Assembly: GCF_016432865.1 (NCBI RefSeq)
Contig: NC_067403.1
Coordinates: 255,502,001-255,566,000 of the forward strand
Length of the DNA: 64,000 bases
Source: Antechinus flavipes
Taxonomy: Eukaryota
Reading direction: 5' to 3'
Shown here: positions 32,421 through 46,499 of the stretch, one piece after another
Layout: the number at the start of each line of letters is the position of its first letter
Position numbering within the stretch: the stretch's first letter is position 1
Position numbers and translations under genes: made by a program
Notes under the pieces: generated by a model
What the model saw: only the letters and a program-made list of their open reading frames with translations
The model's database searches: none
Told to the model about the DNA's origin: nothing

Positions 32421-35400
32421 ATGTCCCTCAAGGCGAAGGACGACTTCCGGCGGCTGTACACGGTGTCGGACACAAGGACGCACCCCAAGGGCTACACGGA
32501 GTATAAAGTGACCGCGCAGGTGAGTGAGGGCGAGGCCCCTTTAAGGGGAGGGGTCCCTTTAAGTGGGCGGATCCAGACGGTTCCATCCTCTACTGTCAGG
32601 AGGGGGTGGAGCCCGAATTTGAGACTATATTAATTTACGATGCAGGGAGGACGCGCAGGGGCGGGGGCGGGGCCCCAACGCCTGAGTTGTTTATTTAGGG
32701 TTGCTCCTTTTTCATGTAATTAAAAAATTAGACGCTGTTGTCTCCCTTTGCGAAACGGCTGTCCTGGGGCCCCAGGGCCTGCCAGAGCCTCAGTTTCCTC
32801 CTCTGTGAAATGGACGTCTCCCTCTCAGAGTGGCTGAGAAAACCGGGGCGCCAGATAGCGAAAGCTCTCTCCCCTTGGCCGCCTCCCCCAGGCTCTGAGC
32901 CTCGGTTAATGTCCCAGACACGTAGTAGGATTTCACCAGGCCTGGGTCCGGGCCAGTTTCACCTCTGCAGGCGTGAGCAGGGGGAGGGGCTAATCTTCTC
33001 CCCTCATGCAGAAGTTCAGGGCTGGGAAGGGCTGGACTCCCCTCCCCCCATCCACCCACCCAGCTCTGCCCCCGAGGGAGGGAGAGGTTAGTACCCCCAT
33101 TTTACAGTGGAGGACACTGAGGCAGCCGGGTTACACGGCTTGGCCAGGTCGAAGGCTGGGTTTGAATTCAGGTCTTCCCAAAGCCAGGACAGACTCCCCC
33201 ATGTCCCCCCAAGTTCCCTTTTCCGCAGTCACTGGAGGGCTCTCAGCCTGGCCTGGGAGGTGGCGGGGCTGGGGGCAGAGAGGGGGCTCTCCCGGGGGTG
33301 GGGGCAGGGGGAGGCTCCTCACCTGCCTTGGTTTTCTTTGCCCCCAGTTCATCTCAAAGACAAACCAGGAGGATGTTAAGGAGGTGAGTCTGGGGGCCCC
33401 CCCTCAGGTGGGTCAGCTCTGGGCGGATCACAACTGAATTTGGGCTGGAGAGGAGAGGGCGCCCCCCTCAGGTGGGTCAGCTGGGGACCAGAACCATGAG
33501 TTTGGGCTGGGGAAGGGGAGAGGGCGCCTCCCTCAGGTGGGTCAGCTCTGGGCGGATCACAACTGAATTTGGGCTGGAGAGGAGAGGGCGCCCCCCTCAG
33601 GTGGGTCACTGGAGGGACAGAACCATGGCTTTGGGCTGGGGAAGGGCAGAGGGCGCCCCCCACAGGTGGGTCACCGGAGGGGCAGAACCGTGGGTTCGGC
33701 CTGGAGAAGGGGCAGCCTGGAGGGCGGGAGGCCCCTCTCCGGTCAGGCCCGTGCGCCCCGGGTGGGCCCGGTTTCCCAGCCGCTGCCCCCGTGGCCCAGG
33801 TGGTGGTGTGGAAACGCTACAGTGACTTCCGGCGGCTGCACGGGGACCTGGCGTACACGCACCGCAACCTCTTCCGGAGGCTGGAGGAGTTCCCGGCCTT
33901 CCCCCGGGCCCAGGTCTTTGGTGAGTGGCCAAGGCCGGCCTTTCCAAGGCTCCCCTGGACTCTGGGCCCTGGGAGGGGAGGGGGGTCCTCTGCAGCCAGG
34001 CCCGAGGTTCTCCGGCCTCCTGCTCCCCCTTCTCCCCCCCACCTCTGTCTTGGGGGGCCACGCAGACAAGCGTCCCCTCCCCCATGACTACAGATCATGA
34101 ATCATGGGGGGTGGGGGGAGGAGGATGACATTCGACTCTGAATGAGAAAATGCAGATTTGATGAAGGAAAGGAGCACCCTTAGTGGCCTGATTGGCTTGA
34201 GGTGGGGCGCGCGGGGGGCATGACCCCTGCCTCGGGGGCATCCATCCGGCCTGGAGCCCCCCGATTTTTGGCTGCCTCCGTTTCTCCGTCCCCTCGGCAC
34301 GTCTTGGGTGACTTGGGGTGTTCTTTGCCTGGCCCCCTTTGCCCTGAATGGGGGAGGGGAGGCCTGACGCCCGGTCCTTGGCCACAGGCCGCTTCGAGGC
34401 CGCGGTGATCGAGGAGCGGCGCAAGGCTGCGGAGGACATGCTGCGTTTCACCGTCAACATCCCCGCCCTCAACAACAGCCCCCAGCTCAAGGAATTCTTC
34501 CGAGTACGTGCCCTCCCTGCGCGCCCCGACCCCGGCAGGGGGCATCACCCGGGCCTCGCGCCAGGCGGCTCTGGCCCTCCCGCGTGCAACCCCGGCCCCT
34601 CCCCCCCCCCCCACGTGCGACCCCAGGCCCCCGCCGTGTGTGATCCCAGGCCCCCCTTGTGCGACCCCGGGCCCTCCTGGCTGCGGCTCCCGAGCCAACG
34701 AGCCTCCCGACTCTCTCCTCTCCTAGGGCGGGGACGTGACCCGGCCCTCCGAGCCCCGGGAGCTGCACATCCTGCCGCCGCCCCTGGTGCCCACGCTGCC
34801 CCCAGAGGAGGCGCGGCTCCCCCAGCCTCTGCCAGTCGAGCGGCTGGGCCGGGAGGAGCTTGAGGACGAGCCCGAGAAGCCAGGTACTGGGCAGGGAGGG
34901 AGCCGGAGCCGGCCGTAGGAGCCGCCCTTCCCCGCCTCCTGAGGGACAGCACGGGGTGCGAGGGCGCGGCTTCGGCCGGTGACCCCGGGCCCGTCAGCCC
35001 GAGGATGGGGACCTCGGGCTCTGCGTTTGTGGGCGAGGCCGATGGTCTCTGAGGTCCTTCCCGGCTCCCTGACCGCAGGGCTTGGCCAGGCTCCCTGCGC
35101 TCCTGGGGCGCCCACCCTCGGCAGGAAGGGGCAGACCCTCGTGGCTTCTTTCCGCAGGGGACCAGCCTCCCTCCAGCCCCGCTCAGGAAGCCCTCGACCT
35201 TCTCTTCGACTGCGGGGCTCCCGAAGAAGAGCCGGGCCCCGCGGCCCGAGGAGCGCTCACCGAGGCCGAGCTGGCTCTCTTTGACCCGTTCTCCAAAGAA
35301 GGTACGTGCTGGGGAGAGCGGCCGGGGCCCCGGGAGATAGTGAGCCTCCCATCGCTGCAGAGAATCCTAGTAAAAGCCGGTGACCCATGGGGAGCCCGTC

Positions 35401-36640
35401 AGAGGGGAGCACGGCAGAGCTGGAGGGACCGGGACAGACGCTGGTCCGGGAGGCTGTGCGGCCGCGGGGGTCCCGGGAGAGCCTGGAGGGGCCCGCGCTC
35501 AGGGCCGGCCGTGGCCCAGGGCAGGAGGAAGAAGCTCTCCATCTCCATTTTATGGAAAAGCTCAAATCCCTGAGATGGGATTTGAACTCAGGCCTTCCTG
35601 TTGCTGTCTGGGCTCAGGCTCCCCTTCTACCTTTGCTGACTGGAGCAGCCACTGGGGGCCCCAAACTTGGGCAGGCCTGAAGGGGGAGGTGGGGGAGTGG
35701 CCCTGAGTCCCCCTTCTCTGGGCCGCAGAAGGCGCCGGACCGGGCCCCAGCCCCACCCACGTAGCTGACCTGGCAGCCTTGGGGGCAGAGCCACAGACCC
35801 GGGGCCAGACGCCCTGGGAGCCCGGAGGGGAGGACGAGGATGAGGAGGACGGAGAGGAGGGCCCACGCCCGGCCTACCTGGACCGCGCTACAGAACTCAT
35901 CACCCAGGCCCTGAAGGACGAGCAGGCGGGGGCCTATGCCTTGGCCCTACAAGGCTACCGGGACGGCGTGGACGTGCTCCTGCAGGGGGTGCCGGGTGAG
36001 CTGGGCGCCCTTTGGCCCGAGCGGTGGCTGGGACACCAGGGAGGAGAAAAGAGGCCGGGCATCAGGCCTGGGCCTGGGGAGATGGGGGAGCCGGCAGGGC
36101 CGGGGCAGCCTAGACTCTATCATGAGCATTCATGGGGTAACGACTGTATACAGTCAGTATCCCCTTTTTATAGATGGGAAAGCTGAGGCAGAGAGAAGCA
36201 AGTTGTCCGGGTCTTCCTTACTCCCAGCCCAGTCCGGCAGCTCCATGTGAAGTGGGCCGATATTAGGGAGCCCCTCAAGAGCAGGTGCACCTGGTGTGAA
36301 GGAAGGGACCTGGCTTTGGAGTCAGGGAACCCGAGTTCACATCGTGGCTCCGCTCCTGTCTTCCTGAGTGATGGTGGACAAGGCCCTTCTCTGGGCCTCA
36401 GTTTCTCTCTCTATAAAGTGAGGGGCTGGGACTGATTCTGGTGTCCGATGGAGCCGTGCCTAGATATTGGGGGTGATGGGCTCAAAGGGACCCCCGAGGC
36501 TGTCCGGATCAGGAGCCTGAGGCTCTGGACTCCTCCCCACAGGTGACCCCAACTGTGCCCGCCAAGAAGGGGTGAAGAGGAAAGTGGCGGAGTATCTGCG
36601 GCGGGCAGAAGAGATCCTGCACCTCCACCTGCAGCCGTGA
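32421..36640 (+). CDS. SNX15: Sorting nexin 15 (PX and MIT domains), 345 aa
   Basis: Exons 32421-32519, 33348-33383, 33800-33920, 34388-34503, 34727-34883, 35158-35301, 35729-35995 and 36543-36640 total 1038 nt in frame. PX domain HPKGYTEYKVT..VWKRYSDFRRLH; MIT domain AYALALQGYRDGVDVLL..KVAEYLRRAEEIL. Confidence 0.96.
33395..33700. repeat. 64/65-bp alternating minisatellite, ~5 units, in SNX15 intron 2
   Basis: caggtgggtca recurs at 33405, 33469, 33534, 33598 and 33663; units alternate A/B, giving a 129-bp higher-order period. Confidence 0.9.
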
Positions 36641-37299
36641 GCTTCGTTTCCTGCCACCTGGCCTCAGTTTCCCTGCCTGTCACAGGGAGGCGGCAGACTT
36701 GCAGTGCCTCCCCAGGGGGTCTCCTGAGGATGGTGCTGGGGGGTCTCACGGGGGTTTTCGCCTTCTCTCCTACGGCCGCGGCATGGGATGACCGTCTGAG
36801 GGCCTGATCAGCATCCCCCAAGCTGGGGTCCACACAACTGCCAAGTAGACACTCCCCAAGTGCCCTTCAGACGCCACACTGCCCGGCCCTGCTGACCTGC
36901 CCGCTCTTCCTTGGGTGATACCTTCCATCTCCCACCTCCAGGCCTTTGCCCAGGCCCTTCCCCATGACAGGAATGCCTTCCCTCATTGTCTCACCCAGAA
37001 GTGAATGACTGGATGGTTGTGTACATATGGTTCTCCCGAACAGGGTAAACCCCGGAGGGCAGGGACAGGGACACCTGGCTCCGTATCCCTGTGCCCGGCA
37101 CAACACGAACACTTAATAAATGCTTGCTGAATGCATTAGAATGAATGGAAGCTGCTTCCAGCAGCCTGGATTGCGATGTGAGGCATTCTGGGAAAATGAG
37201 GGTGGGGGCCCGGGGCATAATGGGAAGGGAGCTGGAAGTCAATTGCCATTTTACCGGTTTAATGCGTCATCAACGGGCGTCATGTGGCGCATTATGGAA

Positions 37300-39119
<1,820 letters not shown>

Positions 39120-39597
39120 AGCCCCCTGCCCTCGCCCCTCAACCCCTCACGCCAAAGACTCGGGAGACTCCTTTGCCCACTCTGCCAGTAAAGGCGCCTT
39201 TCTTAACCGGCCGACTCTGCGGATGATTTGGGGGGAGACAGGGAGGCTAAGCACCCCCCTGGTGTCAGAGGACCATAGAGAGCACTGAGGTTTTCCCAGA
39301 CCCAAGCCAGGACGGGGCCTCCCATCCCGGGTCTGAGTTCCAGGTGTATGTGGGGGTCAGAGAGGGCCCAGGAGCAGGTGTGACCTCACCCCGGGCTGTG
39401 TCAGCAGAGGCAGTGCCCTCCCCCTTCTGAATCCGTGGTCCCCCCTCCCCCTCTCGTTAGGGAGTAACGACCAGAAGGACAGAGGGCTTGGTTTCCAGAC
39501 TTTCTTGTACACTCGGGGTACCAGGAGAAAGATCACAGACACAGGAGCTGCCACAGACATGGGGGGGGGGAATCTGGGGGGGGAGCTGGGTCCGAAG

Positions 39598-42500
39598 TCA
39601 GGCCACGGGCTCCAGAGTGGCGGCCGCCCCCTCCACAGCCATCACGGCGATGCTGAGCTGCTTCCTCACCTTGGCCCAAGCCTTGGGGTCATTTGAGGTC
39701 TTGGAGGCCTCCTCATAGGCATTGGCCAGGCCCGGGAATGTGGGCACTGAGGATGTTCGGGGGGCCCAGAGCACGTGGCTGTAGGGAGAGAAGACAGGGC
39801 CATGGAGCCTGGGGCCGGAGAAGGCGGGTTTCCCCTGCAGATTCAGCCAGTGGGCTTGGCAACCTGGTGCTTCTGAGACCTGGGGGGGGGGAGGGGGAAC
39901 CAAGAGGGCGAGGCTCCATCACCTGTAATAGTATTGTTCAGGGAAGGCTCGAGGGTTCAGGAAAGCTCGTTCCAAGAGCATGAGCTGGTCGTTCACCATC
40001 CGGACCTTCAGGGGGCTGGAACAGAAGTGGGGGCGTTCAGAGCTGCCTCTATTCAAGTTGTTCAGTCCCTTTTGGCTTTCTGTGACCCCAGTTGGGGTTT
40101 TCTGGGCAGAAAGTGGTTTTTTTCTCCAGCTCATTTTACAGATGAGGAAACTGAGGCAAACATGGTCAAGTGACTTATTTTGGGGTTCACAGCCAAAAAG
40201 TCACTTAAGACTAGATTCGAACTCGTCTTCTTGGCACGATCCACCTAGCTGTCCCCCATTCAAGTTAGCAAACTTTTATTAGGCCCCTAGAACGTGCACA
40301 GCCACACACTAGGTCGTATGGGAAAGTCAGCCGGTCCTTCCCTCCGGGCGCTTCTGTTCCTCTGGGCAGCTGGGAGAGTAACTTGGGCTGGGGCTAGGAA
40401 GGGCTCACGAGTGGGGGGAACAGGGAAGGCTGCCCCTCATCTGCACTTTGGGGGACGCCTCCCAGAGGCAGTGGTGGCAAGGGCGGTGTGCAAGTCAGCT
40501 GGTGGGACCTCCAGGCTGGCGGTCCGGGGTTCCAGACTGGGCCGTTATCTGATCTGTAACAGGGCCAAAACCTTGCCCATCTCTCCTGTGGTGCTCCCCC
40601 CCCCCCATCACCTCCTGTTTGGACAGTGCAGTGGCTGCTGGGGCAGCCCCCAGTCTAGCCTCCCTTAAGCTACTGAAGGATCTTCTCTAAAATGCTGAGC
40701 TGACCTCTTAGATACCCCCACCCCCACCCCCCGGAAGCTCTGGGCCACGGCTGCCTTTCACCTCCAGGATTAATGATGGACTCCGGCCCTTTCCCACTCC
40801 CCTCCCTCACTCCTGCCATCTTGCAAGACTCAGTATCTCCTGGCTCCTTGTTGAGAACGACCTTCCTCCATCTCGGGCTCCGTGGCCACCTCCTGCAAGA
40901 GGCCTTCCCTGGAGCTCGGCTCCCAGTCACACCATGCGTGTATGTCTAGCTGCCTCATCTCAGGCCTGTGACCCTGGGCAAGTCACTTGACCGTTTGCCT
41001 CAGTTTCCTCATGTGTAAAATGGGACACAGTAAGCTGTGAGGGCAGGGGTGGGCACGTTCAGGAAATAAGAAACAGGCCGAATGAGAAGGTCAGAAGGGA
41101 GTGGCGGAAGCCCAGCAAGGTCGGCAGCCCCAGACTGGGAGGGCTTTGATCCCAGCAGAAGAGATCAGGCCCGGGGAGCCTGGGGAGCGCTGGCGCTGGC
41201 TGCTCTCCATGTGTCGGGCCGTCCCTCCCTGCCCTGGCGGGATCTCGGCCTGAGCTCCCCCTGCCCTTCCTGGGACCCGTAACTCACTCTGACGGGTTGT
41301 TCTTGAGGGTCTCGATGTGACGATGCAGGGCAGCTGCTGCCTGTTCAAAACTCTCGACCGCAGAAACCAGAGGCCCTGGGGGGGGGGTGTAGAATGACCC
41401 CTCAGCCCAGGGTGGGCAGTGACCAGGGGCCTGGTGCTGGGGAGGGCAGTGCCAGGGAGGATGGTGCCCGTGAGGGACAGTGCCCTGGGGGCCCAGTGCT
41501 GGAACAGAAGGGCCTGAGCAGTACCCAGACTGATGCCGTGCTGTGCCAGGGAGGGCCCCAGGGCGTCCTGGGCAGCCTGGAGGAAGCTGCGGAGGGTCTC
41601 GCTGTAGTCGCTGGTGTTGAGGGGCAGCAGGAGGCTGTCGCTGAGACGGAGCAGGGCATTGGCAGCCGTACGGGCCACGGCCTGGTGGCTGACGAAGCCT
41701 GTGCACAGAGAGGCGCCCGGTGGCTCGGCCCTGCTCCCCGCGCTCCCTGCCCCGCGCCCCCGGAGCTCCCACTCACCAGGGTCCAGGAACTTCTCCACGT
41801 ACTGGAAAGTGTCGAAGGCCGTGTGGTAGGTGGGGTAGATCCGGGCCGAAGTTTTGCTCTGGGGGCGGAGGTTGCTCAGCCACAGGGTCTCAGGGCAGGA
41901 AGGGCCCTGTCGGGGGCTGGGGAGAAGGGGCCCCAAGCCCGGGGGCTCTGCACAGAGCCTCAGAGTCCGGACCGGAGGGATGTCTGGGAGCCCCCAGGCC
42001 CCACTCCTGGCCCAGAGGCTCTCCCCGCAGTGGGGAGGGTCCGAGCAGGCGGTCCCAGCTTAGCCGGGGCCGGTGGCGGATGCCCCCCCCCCGTCTGTGC
42101 CCGCCCCCCCCCCCCGGGTCTGCGCCCCCCCCCCCCGTCTGCGCCCGGCCCCGCTCGCTCACCCGGTCGTAGGTGTAGGCGATGTCCATCGAGGTGATTC
42201 CCAGGAAGTGGACGAAGGCGGCGTAGTCGCTCCCGGAGCCCAGAGAGCCCAGGCTGCGGAGACAGGCGGGCCGGGTTCCCTTTACCCTGGGACCCCCCCG
42301 AGGGTACGGGCGGCAACCCCGACACAGGCACACGCCCCCAGGCGATGCCAGGCCCCGGCCCCTCCTCACCTGGGAACGACGCCGTGAGCGGGGCTGCTTC
42401 GGTTGCTGTGTTGGAGCCAGCGGTCGTACACGGTCAGGGCGCTGCTCCCCGGGGCTGGGACCTGGGGCGGGGGGGAGTAGGCCGGGAGCCGCTCCCGCTG

Positions 42501-45500
42501 CCCAGACCCTGGGGACGCCCCCTCCCTCTCCCTGCCCCCCTCCCTCCCTCCCGGCACCTGTTTTGCTGCAGAGAAGATGACGCTCTGGGCAGGAGGCGTC
42601 CCCTGTGCCCGCAGAGTCGCATTGGCTGAGAAAGGAGCCGGGGACGCCAGTCAGTCTCCCCTCCCCCCACCCTCCGGTGACGGTCCCCCCCCCCCCGGCC
42701 CCGCCCCGACCGTACCAAACACGGCAATGTCCACGTTGATGTAAGCCACGGCGCGCTCCTGCAACTTGGTGAAGAACTCCTGGGGGTCAAGGGCCAGAGG
42801 TCAGCGGGACACTCCTCTCCCCCCCCTCCCCCCGTCCAGCTTGTGGGGTCACTCACTTCTGTGAACTCAGTGGAGCCAATGAGGCCGAACTCCTCGGTCC
42901 CCCAGCTTGCGAACACAACCGACCGGCGGGGGCGCCACTTTCCTGCAGGAGCAGAGTCGGAGGCCGGGGCTCTGGGGGCGCAGGCTCTGGGGCCGAGTCC
43001 CTGCTCCGGCCCCCACCTGGCCAAGGCCTTGGGAGCCTCCGGGAGGAGGGAAAGGGGGGGAGGGAGCCGGGCCTGTCAGGCTGAGCCCCCCGGGGCACGG
43101 GGAGTCTGGGGGGGGAGGTTGGGCACTTGGGAGGTGGGTGGCTCACCCTTCTTCACCAAGGTCCCCAGCACCCTGGAGATCTCCAAGAGCACGGCCGTGC
43201 CGCTGCTGGGGTCAACAGCCCCGTGCACCCAGCTGTCCCGGTGGTTCCCGTACAGGACGTAGCGGTCTGGGGCGGAGGAGGGGAGCGGGTCAGGGGTGGA
43301 GGTCAGAGGTGGGGGGGCACGAAGGGCGGGGGGCGTGGAGGAGGGGAGCGGGTCAGGGGTGGGAGGTCAGAGGCGGGGGGCACGAAGGGCGGGGGGCGTG
43401 GAGGAGGGGAGCAGGTCAGAGGCGGGGGGCACGAAGGGCAGGGGGGCGTGGAGGAGGGGAGCGGGTCAAGGGTGGGAGGTCAGAGGTGGGGGGGCACGAA
43501 GGGCAGGGGGGCGTGGAGGAGGGGAGCGGGTCAAGGGTGGGAGGTCAGAGGTGGGGGGGCACGAAGGGCAGGGGGGCGTGGAGGAGGGGAGCAGGTCAGA
43601 GGCGGGGGGCAAGAAGGGCGGGGGGTGTGGAGGAGGGGGACAGACAGGTGGGGGGCACAAAGGGCTGCCGGGGGGGCGGCGGGGCTCCTCACCAGGCTCC
43701 ACGGCCCCGCGGATGACGCCCAGGACGTTGGAGGAATTCCTCAGTTCTACCCGGTTGTGGACAGTGACGTTCACCTGACTGGGGGGCGGGGGGAGGGGTG
43801 AATGAGAGGCCTGGGACGGAGGCTGCACCCTGGGGAGTGCCAGGGGGGGTTCTGGGAGGGGAGGGGAGCCGAGGGGCGTCCTTACCTGTCCGGGGGGAAA
43901 CGGCCGCCGTCCAGGAAACCCGGCCCCAGCCTGTACTGGCATCCCAGGGCGCCCTGCCAGGCGGCGGGAGCCGCAGACCCGCCGAGGTTACTGAGGAGAC
44001 AAAGGCCGGAGTTCAGACCCGGAGCCCCCGTGTTACAGGTGGGGAAACTGAGGGGGAGGGGCTGGCCCGGCCAAGGGGGCGGGGGGGGCTCCCTGGAGGT
44101 GAAAGGGAAGGTCCTGCCCCCAAAATGGGGGGGGGGGACTCACCAGAGGAGCTGCTGGGCGTCCTCGAAGCCGATGGGCTGGGTGGGAATTGGGGGGAAG
44201 CCCTGGATGTCGGCAGTCTCCAGGCGGAAGGCAGAGCGGGTAGCAGGGAAGTAGGGTGTGGAGGGGTCCCCAAAATGCTCGTAATAAGAACCGCGCTCCA
44301 CCCCCGACGGAGGCAGCGCCCAGGAGTGGGGGAAGGTCTCGTTGGGCAACGTCAGGTTGTCGTTGATGTCCCCGGGGTCCGTGTAGACCAGGACCCCGGC
44401 CACCCCATGCTTGGCTCCATTCACCGCCTGCAGGGGGCAGAGTTCAGCACGGGTCACCTCCAGCCTTCCCTCCCCCTGCTCCGGGGTCAGGGGGCGCCTT
44501 GGAGAAGAGGGTCCGATCGTCTCGTGACGGGATCCGGACCTCGGCGCCCCGGGAACCCGTCATTTTACAGAAAGCCTGTCCCTGCTGGGGGTCCCTCCCA
44601 GGGCCCCCTGCAGGACCGGGAGCCAGCTGCAGGCCGGTCACAGCCAGAGGGGGCCCCAAGAAGGCTGCCTCCTCTCAGCCCGAGCCGCCCTTAAAGGAAG
44701 TCTCCCTGACGGGTCCAGGCCGGGCCACGTCGCGCCCCCCGGCCCAGCTCCCGACGCTTCTCACCTTGGCTCCCCGGCCCACCCCCCCGTAGCGGGTCAG
44801 GGCTATGGTGCCAGTGAGGTTGACGCCCTGAGCCTTCAGCTCCTCATAGTCACTCTCGGAGCCCCTGTTGGCGTAGACCAGAAGCCCCTGGGCCAAAGAA
44901 CAAGGAATTAGAGAGGAGCAGGGGGAGACGATGCAGGCCGGGGGGAAGAGCAGAGGCCCGAAGGGACCCCCTTTTACAGAAGGGGAGACAGGCCCCCAGA
45001 AGGGAAGGGACTCGCCAGGCTCGTCAGGGGCCAAGGTTCTGCCCAGTCCCCAAGTGCAGGAGAAAGCGGCCCCTCCTGGGCAGTGGGGGACAGCTGGGGC
45101 GGGGTCCGTACCTGAGGGGTCCCTGCCGGGGCATAGGCGGCATAGGGCTGCACCACCTCTGGGTCTCCCTGCTCCCCAGTGAGGTTCTCCTCGCTCCGCC
45201 GGGCGGAGAAGAGAATGGCTCCTCCGGGACTCACTGGGGAAAGTGGGGCTGGAGTGAGGATTTGAACCCTGGCCCCCGCATCCAGGACCCCCCCCCCGGG
45301 GCCAGACCAGCCTCTGAGCCGTCCCTCGGCTGCCCGGCTTGGGCCGTGCCCAGGGCCGGAGCCCACTCACCTACGTGCACCGCGTTGGGCTGCTCCCGGC
45401 TGGGGAAGGACAACAGCACCTCATACACCCCCTCCTCGGCGGCGTCCAGCCCCGACTCGGGGCTCTGCCATCGCTGCAGGAGGAGCCGGACCAGAGCCTC

Positions 45501-45895
45501 GTCCCTCGGGCTGGTGGCCATGTGGGGCTTCGAGGACAGCTCCCTGCGGGCGGCAGGGAGGAGGCGGGTCGGTGGGGGGACCCCAGGGAGGGCCCCTGGT
45601 GCGACATTCTGGGCGGGAAGGGGCTCTCGATCAGGGTGGGAACCGCCTTGGGGGGCCGGGGCCTTCGGCCAGGTGCAGATGCTCCACGAGCCCCCCTTTC
45701 TCACCGGAGGTTCTCCTGGATCCTCTTGGCGTCCAGCTGACTCATGACGGTCTCCAGCAGTTCCTGATCCAGGTCCTGCGGGGGGCCGGAGGTGGGGCCG
45801 TCCTTCTTGGGGATGGCAAAGTGCCCCAGGATGATCCCCAGCCCAAACAGGGCAGCGAGCCCCACCCCCACCAGGGTCACCTTCCACCACTGCAT
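39598..45895 (-). CDS. NAALADL1: Aminopeptidase NAALADL1 (M28B family, type II membrane protein), 740 aa
   Basis: 18 phase-consistent exons total 2223 nt: 45705-45895, 45371-45543, 45112-45233, 44765-44887, 44144-44427, 43886-43990, 43693-43778, 43147-43266, 42857-42942, 42716-42779, 42558-42625, 42370-42461, 42163-42253, 41777-41858, 41525-41698, 41288-41375, 39923-40015, 39598-39778. N-terminal TM segment and zinc/catalytic motifs ([24 protein letters not shown]) are intact. Confidence 0.97.
43270..43680. repeat. G-rich minisatellite (~45-62-bp modular units) in NAALADL1 intron 7
   Basis: Recurrent ggggggcacgaagggc(a/g)ggggggcgtggaggaggggagc(g/a)ggtca modules. Confidence 0.9.
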
Positions 45896-45930
45896 GGCGT
45901 AAGGAAATGCCCCCACTCCAAGCTGGAGAC

Positions 45931-45995
45931 TTCTTATAGCTGGGGTGTCCACGGCCCTGGTTAACTATTATCCTGGAAGACCTGCACTTTGCACC
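45931..45995 (-). promoter_or_regulatory. NAALADL1 core promoter: TATA-like box, HNF1 and HNF4 sites
   Basis: TATAAGAA (minus, 45938-45931); GTTAACTATTATC (45960-45972, 2 mismatches to the HNF1 palindrome); TGCACTTTGCACC (45983-45995, HNF4-type DR1). Confidence 0.6.
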
Positions 45996-46499
45996 TGCCT
46001 GAGGGTGGGGAGAAATAGGGAACCAGCCTTCCCCATATGGGGAACCCTGCTGGACAGAGACCCCTTTGTCCTTTGGAGTCGCCGGAGTCCCAGCTCCAGA
46101 GTCAATCTCAGTCGGTCCCTCTCCATCACCGCGCGCCCTTCAACGAGCCCCCGGTTTGGCTTAATTCTCCTCCCAGCAGCCCTTGGCCGACCCCTCCCCT
46201 CCTAATCTTGACACCCTCTCGTAGGTCACACGAGGACCCTGCTGCGTCTTCTCCTTGGAGACCCGGCAAACAACTGCCAAAATTACCTTGTTACAGATCC
46301 GGCCTAGGTTCCAATAGATTTGTGATGGAAAGAGCCATCTGTGTTCAGGGAGAGAACTACAGAGACGCGTTCATTCGTTAAATGTTCAATTTCCTAGTTT
46401 CCCCCCACTTTTTTCTTTTTTTTTCTATCCCCTTTTTATTTATTTTTAATTTTTTTTTACAAAGGCAATAGCTCACTAAATACTCGTAAACATGCCCTT

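Noticed and set aside
45896-45952. In-frame GTG extension upstream of the NAALADL1 ATG
   Set aside because: The GTG lies upstream of the TATA-like box, so it is probably not transcribed. The ATG at 45895 matches the orthologous start.
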